A DNA stretch of 34,299 nt from contig ONSF01000040.1 in assembly GCA_900320425.1 (NCBI GenBank), positions 1 through 34,299 of the forward strand, given 5' to 3'. The notes beneath the pieces were generated by a model, which was not told where the DNA came from, did no database searches, and saw nothing but the letters and a program-made list of their open reading frames with translations. Origin of the DNA: an uncultured Eubacteriales bacterium (GTDB lineage Bacteria; Bacillota_I; Bacilli_A; RF39; UBA660). The position numbers were made by a program, and so were the translations under genes. Below, in pieces: positions 18,337 to 25,717 of the stretch. Every line of letters begins with the position of its first letter. Positions within the stretch are counted from its first letter, which is position 1.

Positions 18337-19059
18337 TCATTTTGTTTTAGAATTTATATAAGAAATATCTTTATATAGCTTAATTTGCTGATTTAATAAA
18401 TTTATTTGTTTATCGATATCTTTCCTTATTTCAAAAAATTTTTTCATATCTTTTAATAATTCTAATTCACGATTAAATTCATTTTTGTTATTTTCATTTT
18501 CTTGTTTCATTAAAGCATCAATTAAAATTAAAGTTTTATACTTTATATTTTGGAGAAGTAAATTATTTTGTAAAACACTATTATTTTCTTCACTTTGAAT
18601 AATTTTACCTAATTGATAAGGAATATCTTCATAAAAAACCTTTAATAATTCTAAAATTGAAATATTTTTTTTATATTTAGTTAATTTTAAATAGTTACTA
18701 TCATAAAAATAAAATAACATTGCATACTCACTTAGAGTAAATCCTAAATTTATTAAAGTATGCATAACTTTAGCATCTAATATATTTCCTTCAATTTTTT
18801 TATTCAAATCAAAACTTATATCAAGATAAATATCTAAATAATCAAATCTAAGAAGTTCTATAATACTTTTTAAATGCTTTGCTCCTTTTTTATTAAAATC
18901 ATTTAAATAACCACTATCATATAAAAGAAATAAATCTTCTAATGTATTAGTGTTTTCAAATTTTAAAATATCCATAAAAATATCGTATTCTAAAAACTTA
19001 ATAGGTAAATCTTTATAAATATTAATATCTCTAAACTTACTGTAATCATTTTCTTTCAT
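18337..19059 (-). CDS. Hypothetical 240-aa helical protein with a C-terminal coiled-coil-like tail
   Basis: Good SD (AAAGGAG) before the ATG at 19059. No TM segment. The tail NRELELLKDMKKFFEIRKDIDKQINLLNQQIKLYKD looks heptad-like. No family recognised. Confidence 0.6.
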   Translation of the reverse strand: MKENDYSKFRDINIYKDLPIKFLEYDIFMDILKFENTNTLEDLFLLYDSGYLNDFNKKGAKHLKSIIELLRFDYLDIYLDISFDLNKKIEGNILDAKVMHTLINLGFTLSEYAMLFYFYDSNYLKLTKYKKNISILELLKVFYEDIPYQLGKIIQSEENNSVLQNNLLLQNIKYKTLILIDALMKQENENNKNEFNRELELLKDMKKFFEIRKDIDKQINLLNQQIKLYKDISYINSKTK

Positions 19060-19124
19060 CTTTTTACTCCTTTAATTTATATAATATTGTATGAAATATA
19101 AGATAAAAGAGTTATAATATTTAA

Positions 19125-20231
19125 CTATTTACTTTCAATTATTATTAAAGGAACATACATTTCTTTTTTTGTAAAACCTGCATGATTTGCTTTAAAATGT
19201 GACGGCGTTTCATCATATATTAAAGATTTATTAGTTATTCCAATTAATAAATAATCCCCAATTGCATCTCTTAAATATTTACTATCATACATACCAAATA
19301 TATGATTATCTATAACTTCATCGGTTGTCATTAACAAGAAATCTTTTTCTAAGTATTCTTTATAAATTGATATAAATTCTTCTATATTATTTTTATTTTT
19401 TAATTTCAATCCACATGCTCTTGGTTCAATTGATGTTGTTCTTTCCAACATATTATATAGTTTTGGAATTTCTCTTTTTATATTTATACTTTTATTTGAT
19501 ATTAATCCATGATCTGCAGTTATTAATAATAAAGTATCTTTTAAATTATTTGATAATTCTTTTATTTTATCATTTATAATTTCAACTTCATCTTTTACTA
19601 TTTTAGAATATATTCCATAGTGATGCATTAATTTATCAGGATTTTCTATATATGCATATATAAATTTTTTAGAATCTTCTTTACATAATTTTTTTATTCT
19701 TTCTATAACTTCATCTAAATTTAAACATTTATTATCTTTTGAAAAAGGATAGGCATAGTAAGCCGAATTGGGATGTTTTTCGTTTATCAATTCTATAATA
19801 CTTTTATATTGCATATATTTTTTATCTAAAATTTTTTTCAAACTATCTTTATTACTATCTTTAATTTTATTTAAAAATAAAGATACGGTTTCATTAGTAT
19901 CTTTAAAATACATATCCCATCCAAACCAATGATGCTCCGATGGAGAAAGTCCAGAGAGTAGAGTAGTAGTTGCAGCTGCTGTAGTAGGAGGAAAAACACT
20001 TGATATATTTAATATTTGTTGTTGTCTAAAAAAGCTATTTTTAGGTAATAGCTCTTTTAAATTATAATATCCTAGTCCATCACATACTAACAATACTACA
20101 TTTTTATATTTATTCTTATTTAAAATATTATCTAATTCTTTTAATGTATTATGAACATTCAATACACCAAAATATTTTAAAATAGAATTAGATAAATTTA
20201 CTATATTATTCTTTTCATAATTTACTTCCAT
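19125..20231 (-). CDS. Alkaline-phosphatase-superfamily enzyme (nucleotide pyrophosphatase/phosphodiesterase- or PglZ-like)
   Basis: Complete AP-superfamily metal and nucleophile signature: VLLVCDGLG, FPPTTAAATTTLLSGLSPSEHHWFGW (Thr nucleophile region), YIENPDKLMHHYG, LITADHG, and a late ANHAG. Confidence 0.75.
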   Translation of the reverse strand: MEVNYEKNNIVNLSNSILKYFGVLNVHNTLKELDNILNKNKYKNVVLLVCDGLGYYNLKELLPKNSFFRQQQILNISSVFPPTTAAATTTLLSGLSPSEHHWFGWDMYFKDTNETVSLFLNKIKDSNKDSLKKILDKKYMQYKSIIELINEKHPNSAYYAYPFSKDNKCLNLDEVIERIKKLCKEDSKKFIYAYIENPDKLMHHYGIYSKIVKDEVEIINDKIKELSNNLKDTLLLITADHGLISNKSINIKREIPKLYNMLERTTSIEPRACGLKLKNKNNIEEFISIYKEYLEKDFLLMTTDEVIDNHIFGMYDSKYLRDAIGDYLLIGITNKSLIYDETPSHFKANHAGFTKKEMYVPLIIIESK

Positions 20232-20235
20232 ATTT

Positions 20236-21147
20236 TTAACTCCTTACTAATTTTTTTTGTTTTTCTTTTTCTTTTTTAGGAAAAATTTCATCCAATTTAT
20301 ATACATAAATTTTAAATTTTTCTAATAAATTAATAGTTTCTTCTAAGGGATTTGCAAATATTGCTTTTAATATAGATTCACTTTTGGTAAATAATCCTTC
20401 TAAAAGAAATAAAATATCCTCGGTTATACTTGCTTGTCCAAGTAATCGAATACAAAAAATTACTTTATTTTCTGGAATATCATAATTTTCCCATTTACAG
20501 TAATTCATTAGATTATTAATAAATTTATTTACTGAATAAAAACAGTTTTCTAATATAACTTCATCACTCATGGGAACTGCATGATAATTAAATTCATAAT
20601 TATCTTTTGTTACGTCCCATGTTAAATAGCGATATTCACCTTTTTTAAGCATATCTATACAATAATTTAATCCTTCATGAGCATTTACTAATTCATCTAA
20701 ATTATATCTTATATCCTGAAATCTTTTCAAGGTATCTTTTCCATATACTATCCTATAATTTGTTCCATATTGATATTTATGTGTAACCGGTAAAAAGTCA
20801 TCCATTTGATCTTTAGTGTGTATCATAGCATGTATTAAAACATTCTTTTTATTTTTTGATACTTTATGATTTACTGGTCCAACCAAAGTCGAATATCCAA
20901 CTTCTATATCTTTTGTAGTTAATTTTTTAGATAATTCTTTTAAAAATTTCTCAAAATTAAGAAGTTTTTTGGAATTAACTTCATTACAAATTACTCTAAT
21001 ATCATAATCATTATCCATTCTATCTTGATAATCATCTTTTGCCATTGATCCTACTACAAAAATTGTCTCCATATCCATATCAGATAAAAAATATTTTAAA
21101 AATTCATTATCAATTCTTTTTGTAATACTTTTTAATTCATTCGTCAT
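20236..21147 (-). CDS. Pol-beta-superfamily nucleotidyltransferase with an uncharacterised helical C-terminal domain
   Basis: IFVVGSMAKDDYQDRMDNDYDIRVI matches the GS...DxD minimal NTase signature. The preferred start is ATG 21147, 8 nt after GGAGG. The ORF-track ATG at 21162 lies only 5 nt after the TATAAT box. The stop TAA is 4 nt from the downstream ATG, whose SD lies inside this gene. Confidence 0.65.
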   Translation of the reverse strand: MTNELKSITKRIDNEFLKYFLSDMDMETIFVVGSMAKDDYQDRMDNDYDIRVICNEVNSKKLLNFEKFLKELSKKLTTKDIEVGYSTLVGPVNHKVSKNKKNVLIHAMIHTKDQMDDFLPVTHKYQYGTNYRIVYGKDTLKRFQDIRYNLDELVNAHEGLNYCIDMLKKGEYRYLTWDVTKDNYEFNYHAVPMSDEVILENCFYSVNKFINNLMNYCKWENYDIPENKVIFCIRLLGQASITEDILFLLEGLFTKSESILKAIFANPLEETINLLEKFKIYVYKLDEIFPKKEKEKQKKLVRS

Positions 21148-21183
21148 TTTTTTTGCCTCCATAAAACATTATAGAGACTTTAA

Positions 21184-21210
21184 TTGTCGAATTTTGTCGA
21201 ATTTTGTCAA
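21184..21210 (-). promoter_or_regulatory. Three 10-bp-phased direct repeats T(T/C)GACAAAAT upstream of a TATAAT box; candidate operator or activator site
   Basis: The minus strand reads TTGACAAAAT-TCGACAAAAT-TCGACAATTA, then 11 nt, then TATAAT. No hexamer sits at a canonical 17-nt spacing. This resembles repeat-dependent (activator-type) promoters. Confidence 0.5.
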
Positions 21211-21243
21211 AAGAAAAAGTAATTAAAATTTTGATTAATTACT
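21211..21243 (-). terminator. Candidate intrinsic terminator after the 251-aa membrane-anchored protein gene
   Basis: On the minus strand: AGTAATTAA-(8 nt)-TTAATTACT, a perfect 9-bp stem starting 2 nt after the stop, followed by TTTTCTTTT. Confidence 0.45.
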
Positions 21244-21245
21244 TA

Positions 21246-22001
21246 TTATTCTTCTCTTAAACATACTTTATCATATGTTTCTATCCATTTTTCTAATGTA
21301 GTAATATCATTTGCTTTTTCGATAGTTATTTCTTGACCATTATATTTTATTTCATAAGTTCTATTTATTTCGTCATTTTTGTGTTTTTCGTATTCTTCTT
21401 GATTTTCTTTTAATTCTTTATTTTTTTCATTTTCACAATTTATATCTAAACGTTGAAAGAAATAACAAGATGAGGTTTTATCATAACAATCTCCAAATGA
21501 ACCAGTATCAATAAATACTCTATTGTTTTTTAATCTTATATTACTGTATTGTGCATCTTCTACACCATTATCATTAACTATAATTTCTTTTTCATCTAAA
21601 TTATATACTTTATATTTATCACCTGATTGTCCTGCTGAATAAGGAAAAATTATTAGATTATCTGCAACACTAACTTCGTACTTATTTCTTCCGTCAGATT
21701 TTCCAATTTCATGATCATTTAAATATATTTTATCATCTTTTCTTTTTAATTTTATTTTTTTATCTTCTATTGTTACCTCTTTTTCTTCACCTTCTTCAAG
21801 TTCATATTTTGTTAATTCAGTAAACAAAACTTCATTATTATCTTCTGTTTCCGTTTGTGTTTGTTCTGTTTTTTCATTTGTTGTTTTATTTCCAACATAT
21901 GTCATCTTGAACATAAAATAAAATATAGATACTAAACATATTACTAAAAATAAAATTATTCCAACCATTAATCCCTTATTATTCTTTTTTTCTTCTTCCA
22001 T
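21246..22001 (-). CDS. Hypothetical membrane-anchored (N-in, single TM) extracytoplasmic protein
   Basis: TM anchor LMVGIILFLVICLVSIFYFMF, a T/E/Q-rich linker, and a domain of about 180 aa with five Cys. SD AAAGGTAGGA precedes the ATG. No family recognised. Confidence 0.6.
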   Translation of the reverse strand: MEEEKKNNKGLMVGIILFLVICLVSIFYFMFKMTYVGNKTTNEKTEQTQTETEDNNEVLFTELTKYELEEGEEKEVTIEDKKIKLKRKDDKIYLNDHEIGKSDGRNKYEVSVADNLIIFPYSAGQSGDKYKVYNLDEKEIIVNDNGVEDAQYSNIRLKNNRVFIDTGSFGDCYDKTSSCYFFQRLDINCENEKNKELKENQEEYEKHKNDEINRTYEIKYNGQEITIEKANDITTLEKWIETYDKVCLREE

Positions 22002-22021
22002 ATATCCTACCTTTCACGATT

Positions 22022-22030
22022 ATTATATCA
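22022..22030 (-). promoter_or_regulatory. Extended -10 promoter element TGATATAAT at the head of the inserted block
   Basis: The reverse complement reads TGATATAAT, between the jag terminator and the ATG at 22001. Confidence 0.5.
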
Positions 22031-22031
22031 T

Positions 22032-22067
22032 AAAATAAAAAAAACTACTAATTTTCTTCAGTAGTTT
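22032..22067 (-). terminator. Intrinsic terminator overlapping the jag stop codon
   Basis: On the minus strand: AAACTACT-(10 nt)-AGTAGTTT followed by TTTTTATTTT. The jag TAG lies inside the 3' arm. Confidence 0.55.
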
Positions 22068-22686
22068 CTTCTTTCTTAGGAACTTCTTTTAATTTAATTA
22101 CAACACATCTATTAGGTTCTTCACCAACAGACTCAGTATAAACTTTTTTATTTTGAGATAATGTTTCATGAATAATTCTTCTTTCATAAGAATTCATTGG
22201 ATCAAGTTTGGCTTCAACTCCTGTTTTAGCAACTTCTCTTGCTATTTGTTTCGCCATTTTTTCTAAATTCCATTCACGTTTTTCTTTGTAATCAGATACA
22301 TCTAATACAAATTTATAACTTTCTCCAATATCTTTATAAACACTTTGTTTAATAATTGTTGTTAAAGCATTTAAAGTTTTTGCATTCTTACCAATTAAAA
22401 TCGCATTATTATCTGCATAAATTGTTATATTTAAAGAATCTTCTCTTTTTTTTACTTCCATATTTATAGTAAGACCCATATCTGTTGTTATTCCTTTAAT
22501 TAATTCTTTGATATGTTCTATTACATCATCTTTTTTTATAACTTCAATAACTGACTTTTTATTAAATAACTTTGTTGAACTTTCAATCTCTTTAATATAT
22601 AAATTACTTTCTTGTTCCATTAGATCTACTAATGCTTGATTTTTGGCTTCTTCAAATGTTTTTGCTTGATATGTATACTTCTTCAT
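22048..22686 (-). CDS. jag: RNA-binding protein Jag/KhpB (Jag-N, KH and R3H domains)
   Basis: Conserved position after yidC. The R3H motif block is MNSYERRIIHETL, followed by EPNR.VVI. Confidence 0.9.
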   Translation of the reverse strand: MKKYTYQAKTFEEAKNQALVDLMEQESNLYIKEIESSTKLFNKKSVIEVIKKDDVIEHIKELIKGITTDMGLTINMEVKKREDSLNITIYADNNAILIGKNAKTLNALTTIIKQSVYKDIGESYKFVLDVSDYKEKREWNLEKMAKQIAREVAKTGVEAKLDPMNSYERRIIHETLSQNKKVYTESVGEEPNRCVVIKLKEVPKKEETTEEN

Positions 22687-22687
22687 T

Positions 22688-23707
22688 TTATTTTACCTTC
22701 CTTCTAACAATTAAATTTTGAATAATTGTAAATAAATTTGTTGTCATCCAATAAATATCTAAAGCAGTTGTCATAAATATAGACATAACTATAATCATTA
22801 TGGTAAACATATTCATCATCATTTTTGATTGTTTTTGCATTTCACTATTGGCTGATGCTTGATCTTTCATAGTAGCTTTAAATGAGAAAAATGTTGTTGC
22901 TGCAACAATTAGTACAACTAATATATATAAGTAATTACCATTTGAAACTCCAACACTTGGTGTAGTTCCTAAATGAAGTCCTAAAAACTTTTCTTCAAAA
23001 ATAGCTGGAACTCTGTTAATTGCTTCTAAGAAGGCAATAAATAGTGGAAGTTGCAAGAAACTAAGAAGACAGCCACTTATAGGGCTTACATTATATTTTT
23101 TGTAAACCATCATCATTTCTTGACTTTTTTGCATCATAACTTCTTTGTCATTTTGATCTTTATTGGCATATTTCTTTTCAATTTTTTCCATCTCTGGTTG
23201 AGCTTTTTTCATATACTCAGATTGCATTGCTGTTTTTCTAGTAATTGGATAAGCAATAAGTCGTATAATTAAACTTGTAAGAATTAAACCAATTCCATAA
23301 TTTTTAGTAATTTTTCCAAAGAATAAAATTACATATGCAAGAGGTTTTACAAAAATACTAGTCCAAAGACCTTCATAGCCACCTGATCCGATATTAAAAC
23401 TTTCACATTCTACCTCTTTAGTAATAGTTTCTTCTTCACCAGTTTCTTCATTTTTAATAGTTTCTTCTGTTTTTACTTTTTCACTTTTACAAGTACAATA
23501 TGGTAAAGAATCAATATCAACTTTATTTTCTTTATAAAGTTTTATTGTTTCAGAATCAGTTGGCCTACATAAAATATTTTCTGTTAAATTTTGGCCTGTT
23601 ACTTCATTAATTACTGCTTTATTATTACTATCCTTTAAAGTTTTTGTACATCCCGTTAAAAGAAGAGGTACCAAACATAATAATATTAATTTTTTCTTAT
23701 TTTTCAT
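22688..23707 (-). CDS. yidC: Membrane protein insertase YidC/SpoIIIJ, lipoprotein type, with an extended extracytoplasmic N-region
   Basis: Lipobox LLLTGC. YidC core blocks are present: YGIGLILTSLIIRL...P, MQ...P.M..I..KY, Y.K...NP..GCL..L.Q.P.F.A. It is about 80 aa longer than B. subtilis SpoIIIJ between the lipobox and TM1. Confidence 0.92.
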   Translation of the reverse strand: MKNKKKLILLCLVPLLLTGCTKTLKDSNNKAVINEVTGQNLTENILCRPTDSETIKLYKENKVDIDSLPYCTCKSEKVKTEETIKNEETGEEETITKEVECESFNIGSGGYEGLWTSIFVKPLAYVILFFGKITKNYGIGLILTSLIIRLIAYPITRKTAMQSEYMKKAQPEMEKIEKKYANKDQNDKEVMMQKSQEMMMVYKKYNVSPISGCLLSFLQLPLFIAFLEAINRVPAIFEEKFLGLHLGTTPSVGVSNGNYLYILVVLIVAATTFFSFKATMKDQASANSEMQKQSKMMMNMFTIMIIVMSIFMTTALDIYWMTTNLFTIIQNLIVRRKVK

Positions 23708-23711
23708 TTTT

Positions 23712-24044
23712 TCATTCCTTTTCTATTTTTTCTAATAATTTTCGCAAATTCTCTTCTAATACAATATATTCTTCATTAAGAGAACTTTTCCTTACTATTA
23801 TAATATAATCTCGTCCTTTTGAATAGAGATTTTTATGATTATCTAAAATATTTCTTACTTGTCGTTTTAATTTATTTCGATTTACAGCATTACAAATCTT
23901 TTTTCCAACTGATATTCCAAAACGATATTTATCTAAATTATTCTTTATGGTATAAACAACAAAATAATTATTTTTAAATATTTTACCTTTCTTCATTACT
24001 TCATTAAATTCTTCGTTACTTTTAACAACATTAACCTTTTTCAT
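23712..24044 (-). CDS. rnpA: Ribonuclease P protein component
   Basis: 110 aa and basic. Contains the RNR motif AVNRNKLKRQVRNI. Conserved position after rpmH. Confidence 0.93.
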   Translation of the reverse strand: MKKVNVVKSNEEFNEVMKKGKIFKNNYFVVYTIKNNLDKYRFGISVGKKICNAVNRNKLKRQVRNILDNHKNLYSKGRDYIIIVRKSSLNEEYIVLEENLRKLLEKIEKE

Positions 24045-24098
24045 AAATCATCTCCAAGATATTATTGTTTCCAAAAAAAACCACTATTAAAATGTGGC

Positions 24099-24224
24099 TT
24101 ATTTTTTGATAATTTCCTTACGACCTTTTCTTCTTCTTGAATTTACAACTTTAGTTTTCATTCTTGCAAAGAATCCGTGTTTTTTTGCTCTTCTTCTTTT
24201 ATTTGGTTGATAAGTTCTTTTCAT
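24099..24224 (-). CDS. rpmH: 50S ribosomal protein L34 (41 aa; below the ORF-track length cutoff)
   Basis: Hand translation gives [48 protein letters not shown] lies 6 nt before the ATG at 24224, and the stop is TAA at 24099-24101. Confidence 0.93.
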   Translation of the reverse strand: MKRTYQPNKRRRAKKHGFFARMKTKVVNSRRRKGRKEIIKK

Positions 24225-24253
24225 TTCACACCTCCAAATTCGAAATCTACACT

Positions 24254-24283
24254 ATTATAATAGGAAAATAGTTTAAATGTCAA
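24254..24283 (-). promoter_or_regulatory. Near-consensus sigma-A promoter for rpmH-rnpA-yidC-jag
   Basis: On the minus strand: TTGACA (24283-24278), 18 nt, TATAAT (24259-24254), about 30 nt upstream of the rpmH ATG. Confidence 0.7.
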
Positions 24284-24291
24284 ATAAAATT

Positions 24292-25314
24292 TTACTTCTT
24301 CTTAAAACTTTTTACTTTTTCTTTTACTTGATTTTTCTTTTCTTTTGTAAATCCTAAAACAATCTCAGGATTCTTTTCTTTTAGTTTACTTAAAATTTCT
24401 TCAAGAATATTATCTTTATTTTTATCTAATAATTTAGTATTTGCAACACTATACATCTTATTATTAATATCAACTATTTTTATACACTTATTAATTAACA
24501 AGCCATTGTATCTTTGTTCAAAAGGATATGCCCATAAAATATCAGAATACTTTAAAATAACTATATTACTTTCTAAATCTACAAGATTATCTTTTAATAA
24601 ATAAAAATTCATCTTTTCATACGGAATATTTTTATCTTGATAAATTTCAGCTGCTATTTTTTCTAACTCTTCATGAGAAATACTTTTTAATGTTTTTTTA
24701 TTTTTTACTATTATTGTTGTATATACAGTGATAAGAAGAAATGTAAAAATTCCTGATAACATAGCACCTAAATAATAAAAACTAGAGTCATTTACAGGAG
24801 AAAGTGTATCTAAATATACAAGGCCAACATATTCCTTAAAATTATCAAAAGTTAAATATTCTTCTTCCATTAAATCATTATATGATTCAATAACAATTTT
24901 TTTTATATCACTTGGAATTTTTTTAGTTATACCTAATGTTCTAATAGGATTTTCATTGATAGAATCAACATTTAATTCTTCAAATTTATTATTATTCATA
25001 TAAATAACATATAAATAATTTTCTTTATCCATAGTCAAATAATATTTATTTGATTCTTCTATGCCATTTTTTTCATAAACGGCAAATAAATAAGGTTTTA
25101 TAGAAACATCTATATAACTGTATACATCTTCCGAATTACCTCCATTATTTATATATTCTCGTAATGAAACAGGAGTAGGTAATGGTTTCTTTTCATTTTG
25201 AATTCCAAAATATACTAAAGCAATAGTTAACAATAAAAGAATAATTCCAACAATTAATAAATTGTGATTTCTCTTAATATTTTTTTCAAAAGCTTCTGAA
25301 TTTAAATTTTTCAT
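24292..25314 (-). CDS. Hypothetical two-TM membrane protein located between oriC and rpmH
   Basis: TM1 is LLIVGIILLLLTIALVYFGI, followed by a loop of about 150 aa, TM2 LGAMLSGIFTFLLITVYTTIIV, and a cytoplasmic tail of about 130 aa. SD AAGGAAG precedes the ATG at 25314. No family recognised. Confidence 0.65.
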   Translation of the reverse strand: MKNLNSEAFEKNIKRNHNLLIVGIILLLLTIALVYFGIQNEKKPLPTPVSLREYINNGGNSEDVYSYIDVSIKPYLFAVYEKNGIEESNKYYLTMDKENYLYVIYMNNNKFEELNVDSINENPIRTLGITKKIPSDIKKIVIESYNDLMEEEYLTFDNFKEYVGLVYLDTLSPVNDSSFYYLGAMLSGIFTFLLITVYTTIIVKNKKTLKSISHEELEKIAAEIYQDKNIPYEKMNFYLLKDNLVDLESNIVILKYSDILWAYPFEQRYNGLLINKCIKIVDINNKMYSVANTKLLDKNKDNILEEILSKLKEKNPEIVLGFTKEKKNQVKEKVKSFKKK

Positions 25315-25336
25315 CCGACACTTCCTTGCTTACGCA

Positions 25337-25345
25337 ATAATATCA
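25337..25345 (-). promoter_or_regulatory. Candidate extended -10 (TGATATTAT) for the 340-aa membrane protein gene
   Basis: The reverse complement reads TGATATTAT, about 22 nt upstream of the ATG at 25314. Confidence 0.35.
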
Positions 25346-25434
25346 TATAATTTTTTTTTTGTAAACTATAGTTCTATTTTTAATTTACAAAAATTAATGG
25401 AATTTTTAGTTCTTTTTTAGTCTTAAATTATAAG

Positions 25435-25641
25435 TTTTCCACATAGGTGTGGAAAACTTTTTCAACATGTGGAAAACTATATTGTTGATAATTGTGGAAA
25501 ACTCAAATTCTCCTTGATAATAAAGGGTATTATATGTGGAAAACTATGTGGAAAACATGTGGAAAACTTTTTTTACATTTAAAGTTATCAACATAGTTTT
25601 CCACAATTATTATCATTTTTTCCACAATTTAATGTGGAAAA
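25435..25641. promoter_or_regulatory. oriC DnaA-box cluster 1 (upstream of dnaA)
   Basis: Ten perfect TTTTCCACA/TGTGGAAAA 9-mers at 25435, 25448, 25468, 25493, 25535, 25547, 25558, 25597, 25618 and 25633 (start coordinates). One TTATCAACA lies at 25585-25593. Most extend to TGTGGAAAACT. Confidence 0.9.
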
Positions 25642-25659
25642 GTTTTCGGTGTAAACTTA

Positions 25660-25688
25660 TTGAATTTTTTTTATTAAAAATGTAGAAT
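25660..25688 (+). promoter_or_regulatory. dnaA promoter
   Basis: TTGAAT (25660-25665), 17 nt, TAGAAT (25683-25688) with TG at -15/-14. AGGAGGTG at 25706-25713 precedes the ATG at 25718. Confidence 0.6.
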
Positions 25689-25717
25689 ATAATTACCAAA
25701 CGAATAGGAGGTGGATA

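Noticed and set aside
24061-24098. A possible terminator between rpmH and rnpA (CCAC-N9-GTGG followed by T8 on the minus strand).
   Set aside because: The stem is only 4 bp. rpmH and rnpA are normally co-transcribed. At most it is an attenuating T-run.
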